From Raillietiella orientalis (Eukaryota), in contig JAYWIR010000027.1 of the NCBI GenBank assembly GCA_036172245.1, forward strand, positions 1,302,001 to 1,366,000: DNA of 64,000 nt. The letters run 5' to 3'. The notes below the pieces were generated by a model. That model was not told the DNA's origin. It did no database searches and worked only from the letters and a program-made list of their open reading frames with translations. Of this stretch, positions 22,758-35,550 are shown piece by piece (the stretch's first letter is position 1; the number at the start of each line of letters is the position of its first letter). The position numbers and the translations under genes are program-made.

Positions 22758-25700
22758 AGGACCCGGAACGAGAGAACGAAACCATCAAGTCCCAGGCCGA
22801 CCGGAGCAGCTGTTCGCCCTCCCGCTTGCACGGAAACCTCAGGGCGATCCGCCGGATGACGGGGCGCCACCAACAGCCTCGGGAATCAGCCGGCGCCAGG
22901 GAACCGCAGCTGCGAAGGGGTTCGCGCGCGCGCCGCCCACATCCGTGCGTTCCTTGCGCTCAGGACACACGCCGGCGGTGCGTTTTCGCGAACCTCGCGC
23001 GCGCAGCCAAAGGAGAAAGCGTTTCCGCAGTTTATTTGCGCAGTGACGTCAGAGGGAGCTCCACGCGGACAGGCAGGCCTCCTCGCGTTTGCGACGGCGA
23101 GGTAAAAGGAGAGAGAACGGTCTGAGGCTGCTTCCCGCATCGCGCCAGCGTATTGGGGGAGCGTGAGAAAGCTCCCAGCGAAGGGAAATTTCGTGAAAAC
23201 TTGATGGACAGATAGTCAGGAGGAATTCTTCGCGGCTTGCCAAGAGTAAACAGCGCTCGATAAGATAGGATAACGAACCGGAAACCAACCGATTTCTTAG
23301 GGGGTTCATCCGACGGCGTGCTCGCTCCCTCCCCACCCACCCCCGGTATCACGGCGCGCACGCCCTAGCTGCGGGTTGGTTCGAGGAGCCCCGATGGCGC
23401 TGGTGCGAAGGATGGCATCACCATCGGCATGAGGAAAACGCTGGCTTAATTACTACCGTTGTCAGCACACACCGCCCGAAGCATGATTACAGGAAACCGC
23501 TCATCATTTGATCCGATGCGTCTGCGTTGGACCTGGCAATTTTCAATAGCATTCACTATCACATCTTCGACAGGGACGCATCGAATGTGCTTGGGGTCGC
23601 CGAGGCAAAAATGCGTGCAATATATTCCATACATTTATGAGTACCACAGATGTACGCAGCAGTGGCAAATACAGAACTTTGCGCGACACAATAAACACAT
23701 AAGATGCATTCGATAATATAATAAATAACGCATCGACACAGTGCAATGCGTGTGCAGCGCGGTCCACGCGTTTTAGGCTGGGCGTTTTACGATCGCACTG
23801 GTCGCGCCGCGTGCCGGCCAGCAGCGGAACCACGTGCCGTGCAGCTTCCTCGGACGGCACGCAGAGCGGCGCCACTGCGTGCGCGTTTTTCGGCCCCTGA
23901 CGCGATTCCGAGATGGACGTGGAAGAGGAAGAAGGTGGTGCAAGAGCGGCTGCGGACGACGCAGTGCCCACCGCCGCTTCGAAAGCCTGAGGGCACGAAG
24001 ACACGAACCGCCCGGGCACCTTTCGGCGGCGGCGGCGGCGGCGCCGCGCGCGCGCAGTCTCGGCACGGAGGACAGGCGGCGGTCGCCAGCCGCCCGGTGG
24101 CGACGACGGGAACCAGCAGTGACGATGTCGAAGCCGCCGATGCACATCCGCTCGAGGAGAGGACCGACGACAGACAGCGCCAACTCTCGGCGGCGCACCG
24201 CAAACTGCGGTGCCGCGCGAGCAAAGATGCGAAGAAACGCAAGCCGCGCGTTCCCCGTCGCGAAAGCGGAGAGACGCGCGAGTTTTGTGCTCCAAAGCGG
24301 ATCTCGTCGACGCTGGACCATCCCCCGCGCTCGCCGGATTCGCCTCCTCCCGAGCGTTTCCTGCTCTCCAGAACGGGAGTCCTACCGAAGGAGGGGGGGG
24401 GGAGAGATCTGACCCTGCCGATGGCATTCGGGCATGGCCGCGAACAGAGCGTCTGAAGGAGGACTTTGAAAAGGACTACGCCAGCACCATGCCGAAGATG
24501 GGACCCCGCGCCAGGCGGCCTGCAGAGCCGGGCCGATCCCGTTCCGAATAAATAAAATGTAAGAAAAATAGACGTATTTTTTTTGGTGATTTTTTTTTTC
24601 CCCGGGTTCTTTTGGATGTTCATCGACCCCAGTGCTGGTGGTTTTGGACCGCAATGCTTGCGTGGTGCCTCTGCCAAGCAGCAGAGTTCGATGGATCATC
24701 CGGCAAAGACAGAATCCGACAGGGAAGCGGAGCGAATTCGCGCGTGCATTTCGCCCCTCTGCCAGAATCTCGAGGTGGACCGTAAAGAAGGTGGGCAAGG
24801 GGCCGCAGGGCGCTCCTCGGCACCTCCCTTGCTCGCGGGTCGTGAGCGCTCTTGGCGGGCCGCAAACCAGGAAACTTCGGCATCGGCGAGAACAACGTCC
24901 GAGGTGCCAGCAATGGCGCCGGAATGACGAACCCAGCGAAGGCGAAGACTGGCTCGTCAGGACGCGCGCGTCGCCGTCTCTTTCGCGGCTGCGCTCCAGG
25001 AAGAGACGATGTGGCATCTGACGTCACCGTCTCGCAGCGATGTCCTCCCTTCCTGAGGATGCGCTCCGTCCCCTCTTCTGCCTCCCGCGAACGGAACCGA
25101 GGTGTGGTGCGCTCGCCACCGTCGAGAGGTTGACGCGATCCGAGGGTGAGGAAGATTCTGGGTCCAGAGATCTCTGCAGAGAGGTAGCTCCGATCTTCCT
25201 TCGCAGCCACGTGGACGCGCAAGTCGCAATACTGGCTGGGGACGAGGATGGCTGTAAGGCCAAGGGGAACGAAAACGGAGGGGATATGGATCGCGTGCTA
25301 CGCGATGTGGTCGTGGACGTGGAGCTGAGGCAAGGACTCCGCGTTCCCGACTCCTCACGAGTCTGTAGGAAGAACGTGGAGACCGTTCCGTCGTTTCTAC
25401 AAGACGCAGACTGTTTCCTTTTTTCCTCTTTTCTTTTTTTGTTCCTTGCTTTCCTTTCTCCCTCTCCCCCCCCCCCTTCTCTCCTGATCTACTCAGCAGT
25501 GTCCGTGTGAAACCAGAAACGGATGACGATGAAAAATAGTGAGAAACTCCGAGTCGCCCGGATCTCATGGACGCGCGCGCCTCCAAGCGGACCGGAGGGC
25601 AAACTTCTTTCTCCCTCGACAGCGCAGGACGCTCCTCTGCGGGGAAGGAAAAACAAAACAGAAATTGTTTAAAACTTAATTGGAGGGTTTCAGCGGGACG

Positions 25701-26639
25701 CAATTACAAGTCCATCACGGATGCGGGGATCTCTCGGCGCCCGGGGGCGGCGCTGACCCTGGAGAAACAGCGGGTGTTTCGCACCAGCCGCTTCTTTGGC
25801 CACGTAAGAGCGTATCATCCCCCGTTCGGAACCGTCTCGGAGTCGGGCAACGAGGCCGCGTGAGGGCACAGCATTCTGGCGCGGTCTCCCCTGCCCCGCA
25901 CCTTCCTCGGCTTCCTCGCTGGCAGGGGTCGCGGAGAAACCGACCAGAAGCGCGCGCGCGCTTGGCATCCCCGGAAATGCACGCAAGGGAAGGACGGCGT
26001 GCCTCGGAGGACGCCATGGTCCTCACCCTTCTGTAGACGCCAGGATCCCTCGACGCAGCCTCCGAGTGCCCGTCATCCAACCACCTCGTTCCTCCTTCCG
26101 GAGGAGGAGGCACGGCGGCCTCCCCCCGCCCGACAAAGGAGCGCGCGAGGCGCGCGCAAAGCGGAACGCGCGAGGCGTGGAGCGGAATTCCCGACCTCGG
26201 CGGAAGATCCGGAGTTGCGCACTTTCGCACGCGCAAGAAGTCCGGAAGCAGAGAGCGCAGCGCGCGCTCTCGGGACAATCCTCTTCCGGTAGGACGACCC
26301 ACCTCCAGCCCACCGGTGGACGTTAGGGAGAGCGCGTTGCCGGGATGGTGAGCCGACTCACCCTTCGCTGCCGCCCACGAAGAGCCGAAGGGCGGGGTTG
26401 GGCGCGTGGTGAGGTGGAAGAAGGATTCGAATCGGATAAGGAGGAGGGGGCGTTCTCCCTTAGCGGGGAGGGGGTGTCTCGCTTCGGAGCCAAGACGGCT
26501 TTGGGTGGTGATGTTCTGCAGAGTCGGAGGACCGGTCAGTTAAGACGGGGGTCGGCGTCGTTTGAAAGACGTCCTCTCTCTACGCCGTGTCACCCAGGAG
26601 GACACGTCCAGGTGCGCGCCTCCACGCGAGGCCGGCCAA

Positions 26640-27330
26640 CGCCACCCGGTCACGCACCGGGGTGTTCATTGAGGCGCGCGGCAAAAACACGCAGGGGTCA
26701 AGGTGAGCATAGTGGGAAGAAGCGCCCTACCGGCACGCAGACCAGCGACGTTCCTCTCGGCAGCAGAGGGAGAGGTGAGGTGGAGGGGGAGGGTAAAAAA
26801 AATAAAAAAAAAAGACGGATGAAAAGGAAAAAAAAAGCCCTGGGAACACGGCAGGAGATCCGCTGGAGGGAGTCCTCTGCTCCCTTCCTGGGATGTCGGC
26901 AGGTTCCTCCTTCATGCCTCTTCGGTGGTGCCATCTGGCTGCTCTCCCCGGGAAGACGATGGTGCCTCTTCCGCCCCGCCCACTGTCAGCTTCGTTCCAG
27001 GCCGCCGCGGCTGGATGCAGTGCATCTCGCGCGGAGTCTGAAAACGAGCCCTGGAGTCGGCCAACCGGGACGTCCCCATAGGGGACAGAGGGCAACGCGG
27101 CCATGAAGCAGGTGCGGAAGGGACGCACCCATGACGGCCCGGGTCCGTACTCCCTTGGAGGTGACGCCGCATGGGAGACTCCCGCGGTGCGACGCCACAA
27201 GAGTGCCACCCTCTGCTCCTCTAGGGGGATGGTGCGACCGCCCAGGAACGCCAGGGGCTGCAAGGAGTCCCGAGCAGCTCACCCTGGCGGAGAGGTCCAC
27301 ATGGTGAGGCGCTTGGGGTCTCAGCGTCCG
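26640..27330 (-). mobile_element. Decayed Tx1-like copy F (ORF2 C-terminus plus 3' UTR)
   Basis: Shared blocks ggagtcctctgc..ggatgtcggcaggttcc, gagggcaac, agcaggtgcggaaggga and agcagctcacc; degenerate terminus aatgaacaccccggtgcgtgaccgg. Confidence 0.75.
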
Positions 27331-27424
27331 TGCCGAGGTCTAACCACTCGAGTTCCTCCTTCCTGCCCGTCGCAAGGGACTCCCCCACTCCGCCGGCAGG
27401 TTGCTGCCATTCGCCTCCCTTGAG

Positions 27425-27855
27425 GGTCTCTTCAGGGGGAGGACAACTCAGAGGGACCACCCTACGAATCAGGAAAGGGCTCCAGGGGAAGGAGTCCGTT
27501 ACTCCCACACTTGTGAGGGAATTCCGAAGGGAATTTTTCCTTGTTCTCTAGGGAAGGACCCCCCAGAAAGGATTCGCTCCTGGTTTCCTCCTCTGAAGAG
27601 AACCCCGAAGGAGGACACTTCCTTATTTATATGGAGGGCTCTCCGTGAAAGGAGCAGCGCGCGTCCTGGACACTCTGGAGACGCAACCCTCCGAGGAGGG
27701 TATCAGCCAGCTCTACGATACGCGATGGGAGGTCCTCCCAAAGAAAGGGAGGTCTGTCTCCATTTTCACAATCGAAGGGGAACCCTGAAGGGTTCCTTGA
27801 TGTCCTGGAAGGACCCCGGAGGATCGACTTCTAATCCTGGCCAGTCAACAGGGGA
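27425..27855 (+). repeat. Unclassified interspersed repeat, copy 2 of 3
   Basis: Aligns with 7410-7880. Confidence 0.8.
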
Positions 27856-27860
27856 CATCC

Positions 27861-30310
27861 GACTTCCACCAGTGCCGCATGGTGCTACTGGGTATTCCGG
27901 AGGAAGACCTGCAATGGCCCCTGGCGCTCATGAACACCCGCACTCTCCCCTTGAAGTGGCAGGAGTTGGCATTGATGCTGCTGAACTGGGGCCTCCCGTG
28001 CAACGCCTGCCGGCATCGTGGACACAGTGGTGTTCCCACCCGGTTACTCCGGGACCTTTCGCTTGGGGTCGCGGCGTCAGCAGTTCCCTCATGGTCCATC
28101 CACTTAACTCCTTCTCCTTGCCCGCTATCCGGCAGAAGACTTGCCACCTCGGCGTCCGGTTGCTGCTTAGCGCCCTCTTCAGGTAGGGCAGCGCTGTGGT
28201 CAGTGGGGTCGTCTCCGCCTACGTGCTTCTGGCGGGACACTCGATCATGTTCCGCAGCATGCAGTGGGTGTAGATGCCGGGACGCAGGCGGTTGCAGGAT
28301 TCTCCACTAGGCTGGTTTAACTTCGCCCACGTGCCAACTGTTTCTTCCAGCCATGCGCTGGAGTTGGCGGGGCTGCAGGCCATCCACCCATTCTCCTTTG
28401 CCAGGATTGCCATGCGTCCCAGGAGAAGGTTGCATCTTCTTCTTTTCCGGCCGGAGCACAGAAGAAAAGAAGCGAGTCCTTCAGTCCCGGACACACGTCT
28501 GGCGAGGAGGCGGGCCGGAACGCACCAAGGGGTGCTCCACATCTTCGCCGCGATGGCTAGGGTACGCCATCACAGCTGAATTTCCATCCGCTATAGCGTC
28601 AGGAGGCCGAGACCGCCATCCCGACGCGGAGCGCACAAGTCTTGCAGAGGCACACGAGGTCTCCCGCTGCTCCACAGGGCGATGAACAGGAGATCCTTTG
28701 CTCTCTTTTTCATCTCGCGGGGTACGAGGCAAACAAAAAGCAGGGGGCGAAGGAGGGGGGCCGCAAACGCGTTCCACACCGCGGCCCGTTCCGGCAAGTA
28801 AAACTTGCCTTCCAGGAACGGGCCGATCGCCGACTCCACTTTCTGGAGACGACCTGACCAGGCTTCTGACTGGCAGAAGTTCCCCAACGGAATGCCAAGG
28901 TACTTTAAGTACCTCTCCGTGGGGATCCTCAGGTGGATCCAATCAGGTCGTCCTGCCCACGTTGCACCAACCGCTACCACCGACGACTTCGACCTGTTCA
29001 CCCGTAGTCCTGTCCCGTGGCTCAGCAAGTCGAAGAAATCCTCGACTGCCGAAGAGGGGGCGGAAATGGGCAGCAGAAGCAGAAGATCGTCAGCATACGC
29101 CGATACGGCCGGCGTACCGGGGCACGAGCTCGGCAGGGCAGCCAATGCCACCCTGTATGCTCTCAGCACCAGTTCGGAATAGGTGCTAAAGAGCAGGGGA
29201 CTCGGGCTGTCGCCCTGCCGGATGCCGCGCCTTACCTTCACGCCGAACACGTTTTGTCCTCTGAAAGAGACGGTGATTATCGCATTGCGCCAACAGGAGC
29301 GTAGGTAGGCCTTTAAGGCGGCCGGGAAGCCCATGCGATCCAGGAGCTCCAGAAGGAGTTCCTGGTCCACGCAATCGAACGCTTTATGCAGATCGACTGC
29401 GATCGCTAGAGCCCCCTTCCCTCCCCGGTCGTCCCTTCCCTGCCCCGCTGGCGCTCCCAAATCAGGGTTGCCGACAATTTGTTTTTTCTTACTTTCTTCC
29501 CTTTGCACATGGAACCATGTGCTGGCGAGGAACAGGTTCGCTTCCATGCTTCGCCCGGGAACAGTGTAAGTCTGTTCCGGGCTGATGAAGCTGTCCACTA
29601 CCTGTCCCAGACGCGCAACCCACAGTCCAGCCAGCAACTTGGCGTTCGTGTTCACAATTGTGATCGGACGCCAGTTGCTTAATTTACGGTGGTCTCCTCC
29701 CTTGGACACGGTGGTGTTGGATCCAAACTGTGCAAGGTGCGGGGAACGGGAATCCCCCCTGCACCTCCTAGTGGACTTTGCCCTCCAGACCCTTTGGGGA
29801 CTCTTTGCCGCGACCCTTGGAATCCCCGGCGGCAACTCGAAGGACTCTTTATGGCTCCTCCTCCTATGCGACGCCCTTCGGCCGGCGGCCTCGTTAGCAG
29901 CCTCGTGCCTCCTACGCGGCAGGATAGTGGCTGCATGGAGCGAATGCCAGAGGTGGCCAGAACGACAGGGACGCCATCTATTCTGCTGTTCTCTTCATGA
30001 GGACAGCGTCAAGATGACCCCATCTAGGAATGATGAAACAGGAACTTGCCGGCATCCTTACAAGGGTGTAGAGGGTGTCTTCCAGGGCATAGTGATCCAT
30101 TCCCGAACCCCCACCCCCATCCCATTTTTTGACCGTATGTTTTTTGTTTGATTCCCCTTCCCCTGTGCTGCCGAGGCGAACCCCGCTAGCCTGCGTGCCG
30201 GTTCCCAGCAGGTTCCTTTTCGTATTCATAAGTAACGTGGCAGGATCAAACATCCTGCCAAGACAGTATGTTTATTTTATAAATAAACCCCACGGCGTGA
30301 CCGAGTCCAA
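27861..30310. mobile_element. Rearranged Tx1-like copy C: + segment 27861-28034, inverted RT segment 28035-29702, + segment 29703-30310 with zinc finger and 3' UTR
   Basis: Plus-strand TLPLKWQELALMLLNWGLPCNA continues as DPNCARCGERESPLHLLVD after the inverted block; junction repeat TGGACAC(A/G)GTGGTGTT at 28019-28034 and 29703-29718. Confidence 0.88.
28591..29702 (-). pseudogene. L1/Tx1-clade reverse transcriptase domain (5'-truncated, premature stop)
   Basis: KGGDHRKLSNWRPITIVN..KLLA..ISPEQ..PGR; DLHKAFDCVD; RGIRQGDSPSPLLF; SAYADD; GLRVNRSKS; KYLGIPL; GGLGL. A TAG replaces the Glu seen in copy D (LTLERL). Confidence 0.93.
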
Positions 30311-31099
30311 CCGGTGACGCACCCGATTATCGGCCAGCCAGAATCACCCTGCACCCTGCAGGGGGAGCTCGAAACCTACGAGGAACCCCCCTCCAAACGG
30401 CGACGGAGCGGGATCGGCCAGCTCCTGTCGCGGCCTTCGGGAGCTGCTCGGCTGGCCCGCTGGGCTTTCCCAGGCTTCTTTAGGAGGACGTCGCGACACG
30501 ATGAACCCGCTCCCCGGTGGCGTCCTCCGCCCGTCATTGTCGTCGTTGCGGGCTCCTCAGGCCCCGTGCCCCGCCGCCGCTCCAACTGCAAGCGACCTCA
30601 GCCGAAAATTCTTCTCGCTGCTGCGTCCCCCCTTCCCCCCCGCGGCCCAGGAGACAAGTGTAGTGCGAGTCCAGGATTTGCCACCGTCGCTTCCAGCCTC
30701 GCGTGCACTGCATTAGCGGCCGGGCATGCCGAAGGAATCGGGAAGGACGCCGCTCCTCGGGCAACCCACCGAAGAGAGGCGTCGATCTATGAGAGTGGCT
30801 CGGGAGCACGACCAACGCTGGTGGGGTCATCCAGGCACTCTGACCTGACCAACTCACCCGAACAGACCGACAACCTCGTGGCTGGCAGCCACCTCAGGCT
30901 CTCGACGGATCTCTCCGGCCGGACCCAGCGGCTCAAGGGGCCTTCCCGGAGGGCGCTGAGAACTAGCGAGAAAGGGACGGGCCCCACCGGCTGGCGAAGA
31001 CTCGGACGAATCTAGCATCAAGAAACCCACACTGTGGCCAAGAGGCATAGGAATTTGATTTTATTTAGAGAGGGGCAGCATAAGCGGCCTTCGTTGCTT

Positions 31100-34000
31100 C
31101 TCGGGCGTCTTCCTCTCGGCGGCGAGCACCTCAGGTCCGTCCCCTCCGTCCAAGCCGGTCCAAGCGCCGGACAGAACGGGAGATCGGCCGTCGCAGGACG
31201 CAAGGAAGGAGGAAGGGAGTGCATCCGGGATGCCTCTTAGGAACGCTATCGCTACTTCGGGAAGGCGCGGGGAACTTGTACCGAAGGAGCAAGCGCAGGA
31301 GAGATGGAGATTCGCTGTCGCCTACCAGACCACTCGGGGGCAACCCCGAAGCCGTGCGCAGTGCTCCAAGGCTCGTCCTAGACGATGCCTGCACCCGGCG
31401 GGTGTTCCTTGGCGGCAAAACAAGAGGTCAGGACGGGGTCAACCTGAAGACACTGGTCTACGGTCTCCTCCGCTGCTGCTTTGCATTGTCAAGGCCGAAG
31501 GCACTAAAGTTTTCCGCGCACCGCCTCGCGAGGCACGCCAGCATCGCTCTGAGGTCCCAGTATGGGCCGCTGGGCCGGTGAGGACTCGAACCAGGAGGGA
31601 CTTTGCCCGCGGGCATCCAAACGGGACAGGTGTCCTATGTCCCTGACGTGCCATTATTCCTACAGAGAGGATGCGAGCTCGCTCATGTTCAGCGGGAACC
31701 CCCTCTCCGGGCAACTATGGTTACTGGCCATGGTCACCGGTCCAGAGTGGGAGCGGATGGCGTGGAACGATCCTGAATCCCCAGCCTCCCTCCTGAGTTC
31801 TGAGAAGGAGCAGCAAGATGTTCTTCGTCTGCTCGAGGAGCCATCGCGGCTTCTCCACGGGACGCAGAGGAGGAGGCGCTTCATCCGCTGCGTTGGCTTC
31901 TGGTTGGTGGACAGCACCCACCCCCAGATGTCCCCAAAGACCGTCAGGAGTGCTTCCTGCCGGTCCCCAAATTCCTATTTCGCTCACTTCTTCCGCGTCC
32001 CTGCAAAGCAGCTGCTGGAGGGGAAAGGGAATATGGGTCCCCTGGACCATCTCGAGGAACCGTGGTGCCAAGGCAACTTTTCAGGTTTCTGCCGCTGCTC
32101 GCTCCTGTTCTTTCTCCCGCCTGCCAGCCTCTGCTTTCCTTTGCACCCCTCCCTGGCAACGGTGCGCACCGCGAGGGCGACCGTCGGGAGCGTGGGAAAG
32201 CGCTGACCCTTGTCCACTGGAGAACGCATCGCTTTCCGCACGGAGATGAAAAGACGCTGCGCGGATTCTCTGGGACTCTTTTCCGGATCGAAGCACCGTG
32301 TGCGCGGTCGCTAGGCAACTCACCGCGTCCAGGTGCAGTGCCGTGTCTCGATTCCATGCCAGGTATGGTGAGCTCCGGGTACGAAGGGACACCTGAAAGA
32401 ACGGAGTGAGTGCCCGCAAGACCCTAGCGAGTCGTCGACCATCTGACGGACCCTCCAACCGGCAGCCGCGCCAGGATGATGCCTTCCGGCTTTCCCACAG
32501 GAGTAAGCGGCCTCCATCCCGGAAGAACATCCGTGCATCTTCTTGGACCTCACGAACCCTTGGCATCAGAGGCAACGGGTATCCGGACATCAACTCAGAC
32601 CTGCTCCTTCCTATGCAACGCGCTGGAAGCGAAGCCGCGCATGGCCCCAAGAAATTGTCTTGAGCTCCACCAGCCTTCCCCTGGCTACAGAGGCGTCCTT
32701 CCTGCGGAACAAGAGTGACCCCATCGTCCTTCAAGATAAAACGCCATGAATGGGTCAAACACGTTTCGATCCAGGATGGTGCAAACCTCACTGGGGAAAT
32801 GCCTAGGGAGGAAGTGCAGGTCGATGGATAGGGAAGTGCCTAGGGAGGAGGGATGAATAGGGGTGGTATGGACTGGTGTCACGGCGGTCTACACGACACC
32901 TCCCGACGGCCTGCATCCGACAGGGATGAGTGGACAGGAGATAAGGCCGGTTTTGGCCGGTGACTCAGAATCCTCCAGCCCTCCCGCAGATGCTCTGAGG
33001 AGCTCTTCTACTGCTCCGCCTTCCAGCTCGGGAGACTTCCAGCTCCTGCTGCCAGCTGCCTCAAGCCACTGGAGCGTTCAATTGCCACGTGGGAAGGGGG
33101 GCATAGAGACCCGGAACAAGACAAAAGATGTGTCTGCCGTCCAGAGAAGCCGTTCGCGACCGCCGCCGCCCTCGTGCGGAGGTCAGACGGCTGAATGCAT
33201 CCGGAGGGGGGGGCAGGAGGTTGACACAGCTCCTGGTCAGATGAACGACGACCTCAGCCAATCAACAGCGTCCAGTCGGAGCGCGAGAAGGTGACCTCAG
33301 CCGGACCGGCTATTGAAGACCGTCGTTCTTATTCGAGGAAATCACTAAGGATACGATGACCCTCGCTCGCACCCCACCCACTTTGTGTTTATTGATTTTA
33401 TTTACCGTCTCTTCTTCGACTGCTCGTGCTGAGTATCGGCGCACTTCCCGACCGAGATGACCTGAGCTCCCGGGGAATCTGGCCCGTCATTTCGTCCTCG
33501 ACACAGAGCGAAGCGCTCGGAAGTGAAGTCCCAGCCGTTGCTGCGTGTGACCATTCCATCCTCATTTATCCGTGCCCGTCGTGCAAAGCGGGCGACGCCT
33601 CGGACGTTTCGTGGAGACCGTCTTCGGGGCGAACTCTGAACAGCGACCACTACCGGCGAAAAGACCGGAGCAGCAGACCGAGACGGGGTCCTTGGAGCGG
33701 AGGCTGGATCCGGAGATCCATCCACATGAGACCGCTCCGGCGGACATGACCGCGAAAACACACTCCCATTTGGCTGAGACCAGCCCGGCACGGAGGGCGA
33801 CAACCGCGCCCTTCCTCCTCGCACCTCGCCAGCGTCAGCGAATCCAGCTAACCCCGCACTGCCTCAGAGGGAAGGCAGGAATGGAATCCACACAGGTCTC
33901 CTTGACCAACCCGAGCGCGTGACCCCTCGGCCTACCCGCACAAGGAAGCGGCACAGCTCCATCTGTCTCCCACCACATGGACCGACTTCAGTCCCTCATC

Positions 34001-35550
34001 CCGGAGTCCCTGCCGCCGACAGTACCGCTCACCACCTCGGGGTAGCTGCCACTCGAAAGGCCACAAAACCGCTCGCATCTTCCTGCTTTCTCCCAGCACG
34101 GCAGCACCGTTCGATTCACTTCTTGGTAGCACGGGGCAACAGTTAAAGGGGCGCGCATGGCAAGCGGATTTCGGCAAGCCGAACAGCACCCACCACCCCG
34201 GCAATCACAGTGTCGTCTCTCCTTCTTCCCTCCCGTCCCACCAACCGGACGAGTTAGCAGACCCATCGCGTTTGGTGGTCCGCGTCATGACGCTTCCGGT
34301 GAGCACCCCAAGACAGCAATCGATGCTCTTCCATGCACCACCATCACCCCGAGATTCTGCGCGCTTTCCAATTCCTCCAGCGCACCTGGCCCCAGCATAA
34401 CCTCGAAGGCAGACGACCCTCCCGGATGTTCCTACTTGGAGGCGCACTCGCCTCCCTCTTTCCTGGTCCTGAGGAAGGGGCCATGGTAATCGCAGGTCGC
34501 TTCGCCAAGGGCTTGGGCCTGCTGGATGCTGCTTCCAGTGCGTGGCAACCACAGCGGCAGAGCGCTCCCGCGGGGCATAAACGCCCTCGCCACTTCCCTG
34601 CCTCCAGCGTCCTGGAGGAAGAGAAGGAGAAGAGGAAGAGGGAGAGGGAGAAGGGAGAAAGAAAGAGGAAAACAGGAGGGAAAAGCAGAAAGAGGAAAAT
34701 CATGAGGAGCAATAGGGCGAAGAGGAGGAAGAGAAGGAAGAGGAAGGGAAAAATCGGACAGGAAGAGGAAGAAGGAGGAAGAAGAATGCCTTTTTGTAGA
34801 GAGGCACAGTGACCAGCGTAGCGCCATGCCCTGCGTGGCGCCGCACCGTGCGTGGAGCAATTCTTTCTCTCCAAGCGACCCACCTTCAGGTCTCGCAGAT
34901 TCACCAGCGGGGGGGGCATTCAGCTGCCGCCCATGCACGCAGTGCCCAGCAGGAGTGCTCAGCAGGCATGCCGAGCAGGGAGGGCCCCTCAGCACATTCC
35001 TCGACCACTACCCCGGCAGCTCGGCCCTCATCCTCAAACACATGACGATCGGAAGGCCTGGCTGCAGGTAGCTGCCCAGCAACACGGAAACAAACTGCCA
35101 TCGGACTGCGTCCCGACCATTTCCGGGATGGACTCGACACGACTTGGAACCGCCGCCCTTCTGTCTGCGGCACCGGTCCCTCCGGGGATGCGGCGGAGGC
35201 CGGCTCCGCAGGAGGAGAAGCAGCAGAAAGGAAGAGGGCATCGCAGATTGCTGGCGCGCGAAGAGTGCCCGCGCCTGCGAGGCAGCGCTTTGCGTGGGAC
35301 GATGGACGACAGGGAGCCCGAAGAACACAGCATCGGAGACTCCCTGACGGCTAGTGAGGAGGGTGTGTGTGGGCGGGAACAACATCCGGGAGGGAAGGAT
35401 GCTCTCCATGGCATCCCATTCTGCCGGGAAGTGCACCAAGAGCACCACTCGAGCCTGAGCCGTGAAGCAGTGGCTCCGGAGAACGGTTGTCTGCTCGGAA
35501 AGGCGCCAGACGACGCCAGGGGAAGGGCCGTCCCTTCCTCAGCAGGGGGC
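31100..35550 (-). mobile_element. Long, heavily decayed L1/Tx1-like element G
   Basis: Collinear remnants: RVRQMVDDSL (cf. RLGQVVDSF), KAMRSPVD (cf. KAFDCVD), QTKNILL..EGGWG (cf. PTKDLL..EGSLG), AWTEGTDL (cf. AWAEGTSL). 33100-33700 resembles 41300-41600. The upstream (right) boundary is a guess. Confidence 0.4.

Noticed and set aside
29703..29835. N-terminal part of ORF 28591..29835 as genuine RT protein
   Set aside because: It is the antisense of the zinc-finger segment across the inversion junction.
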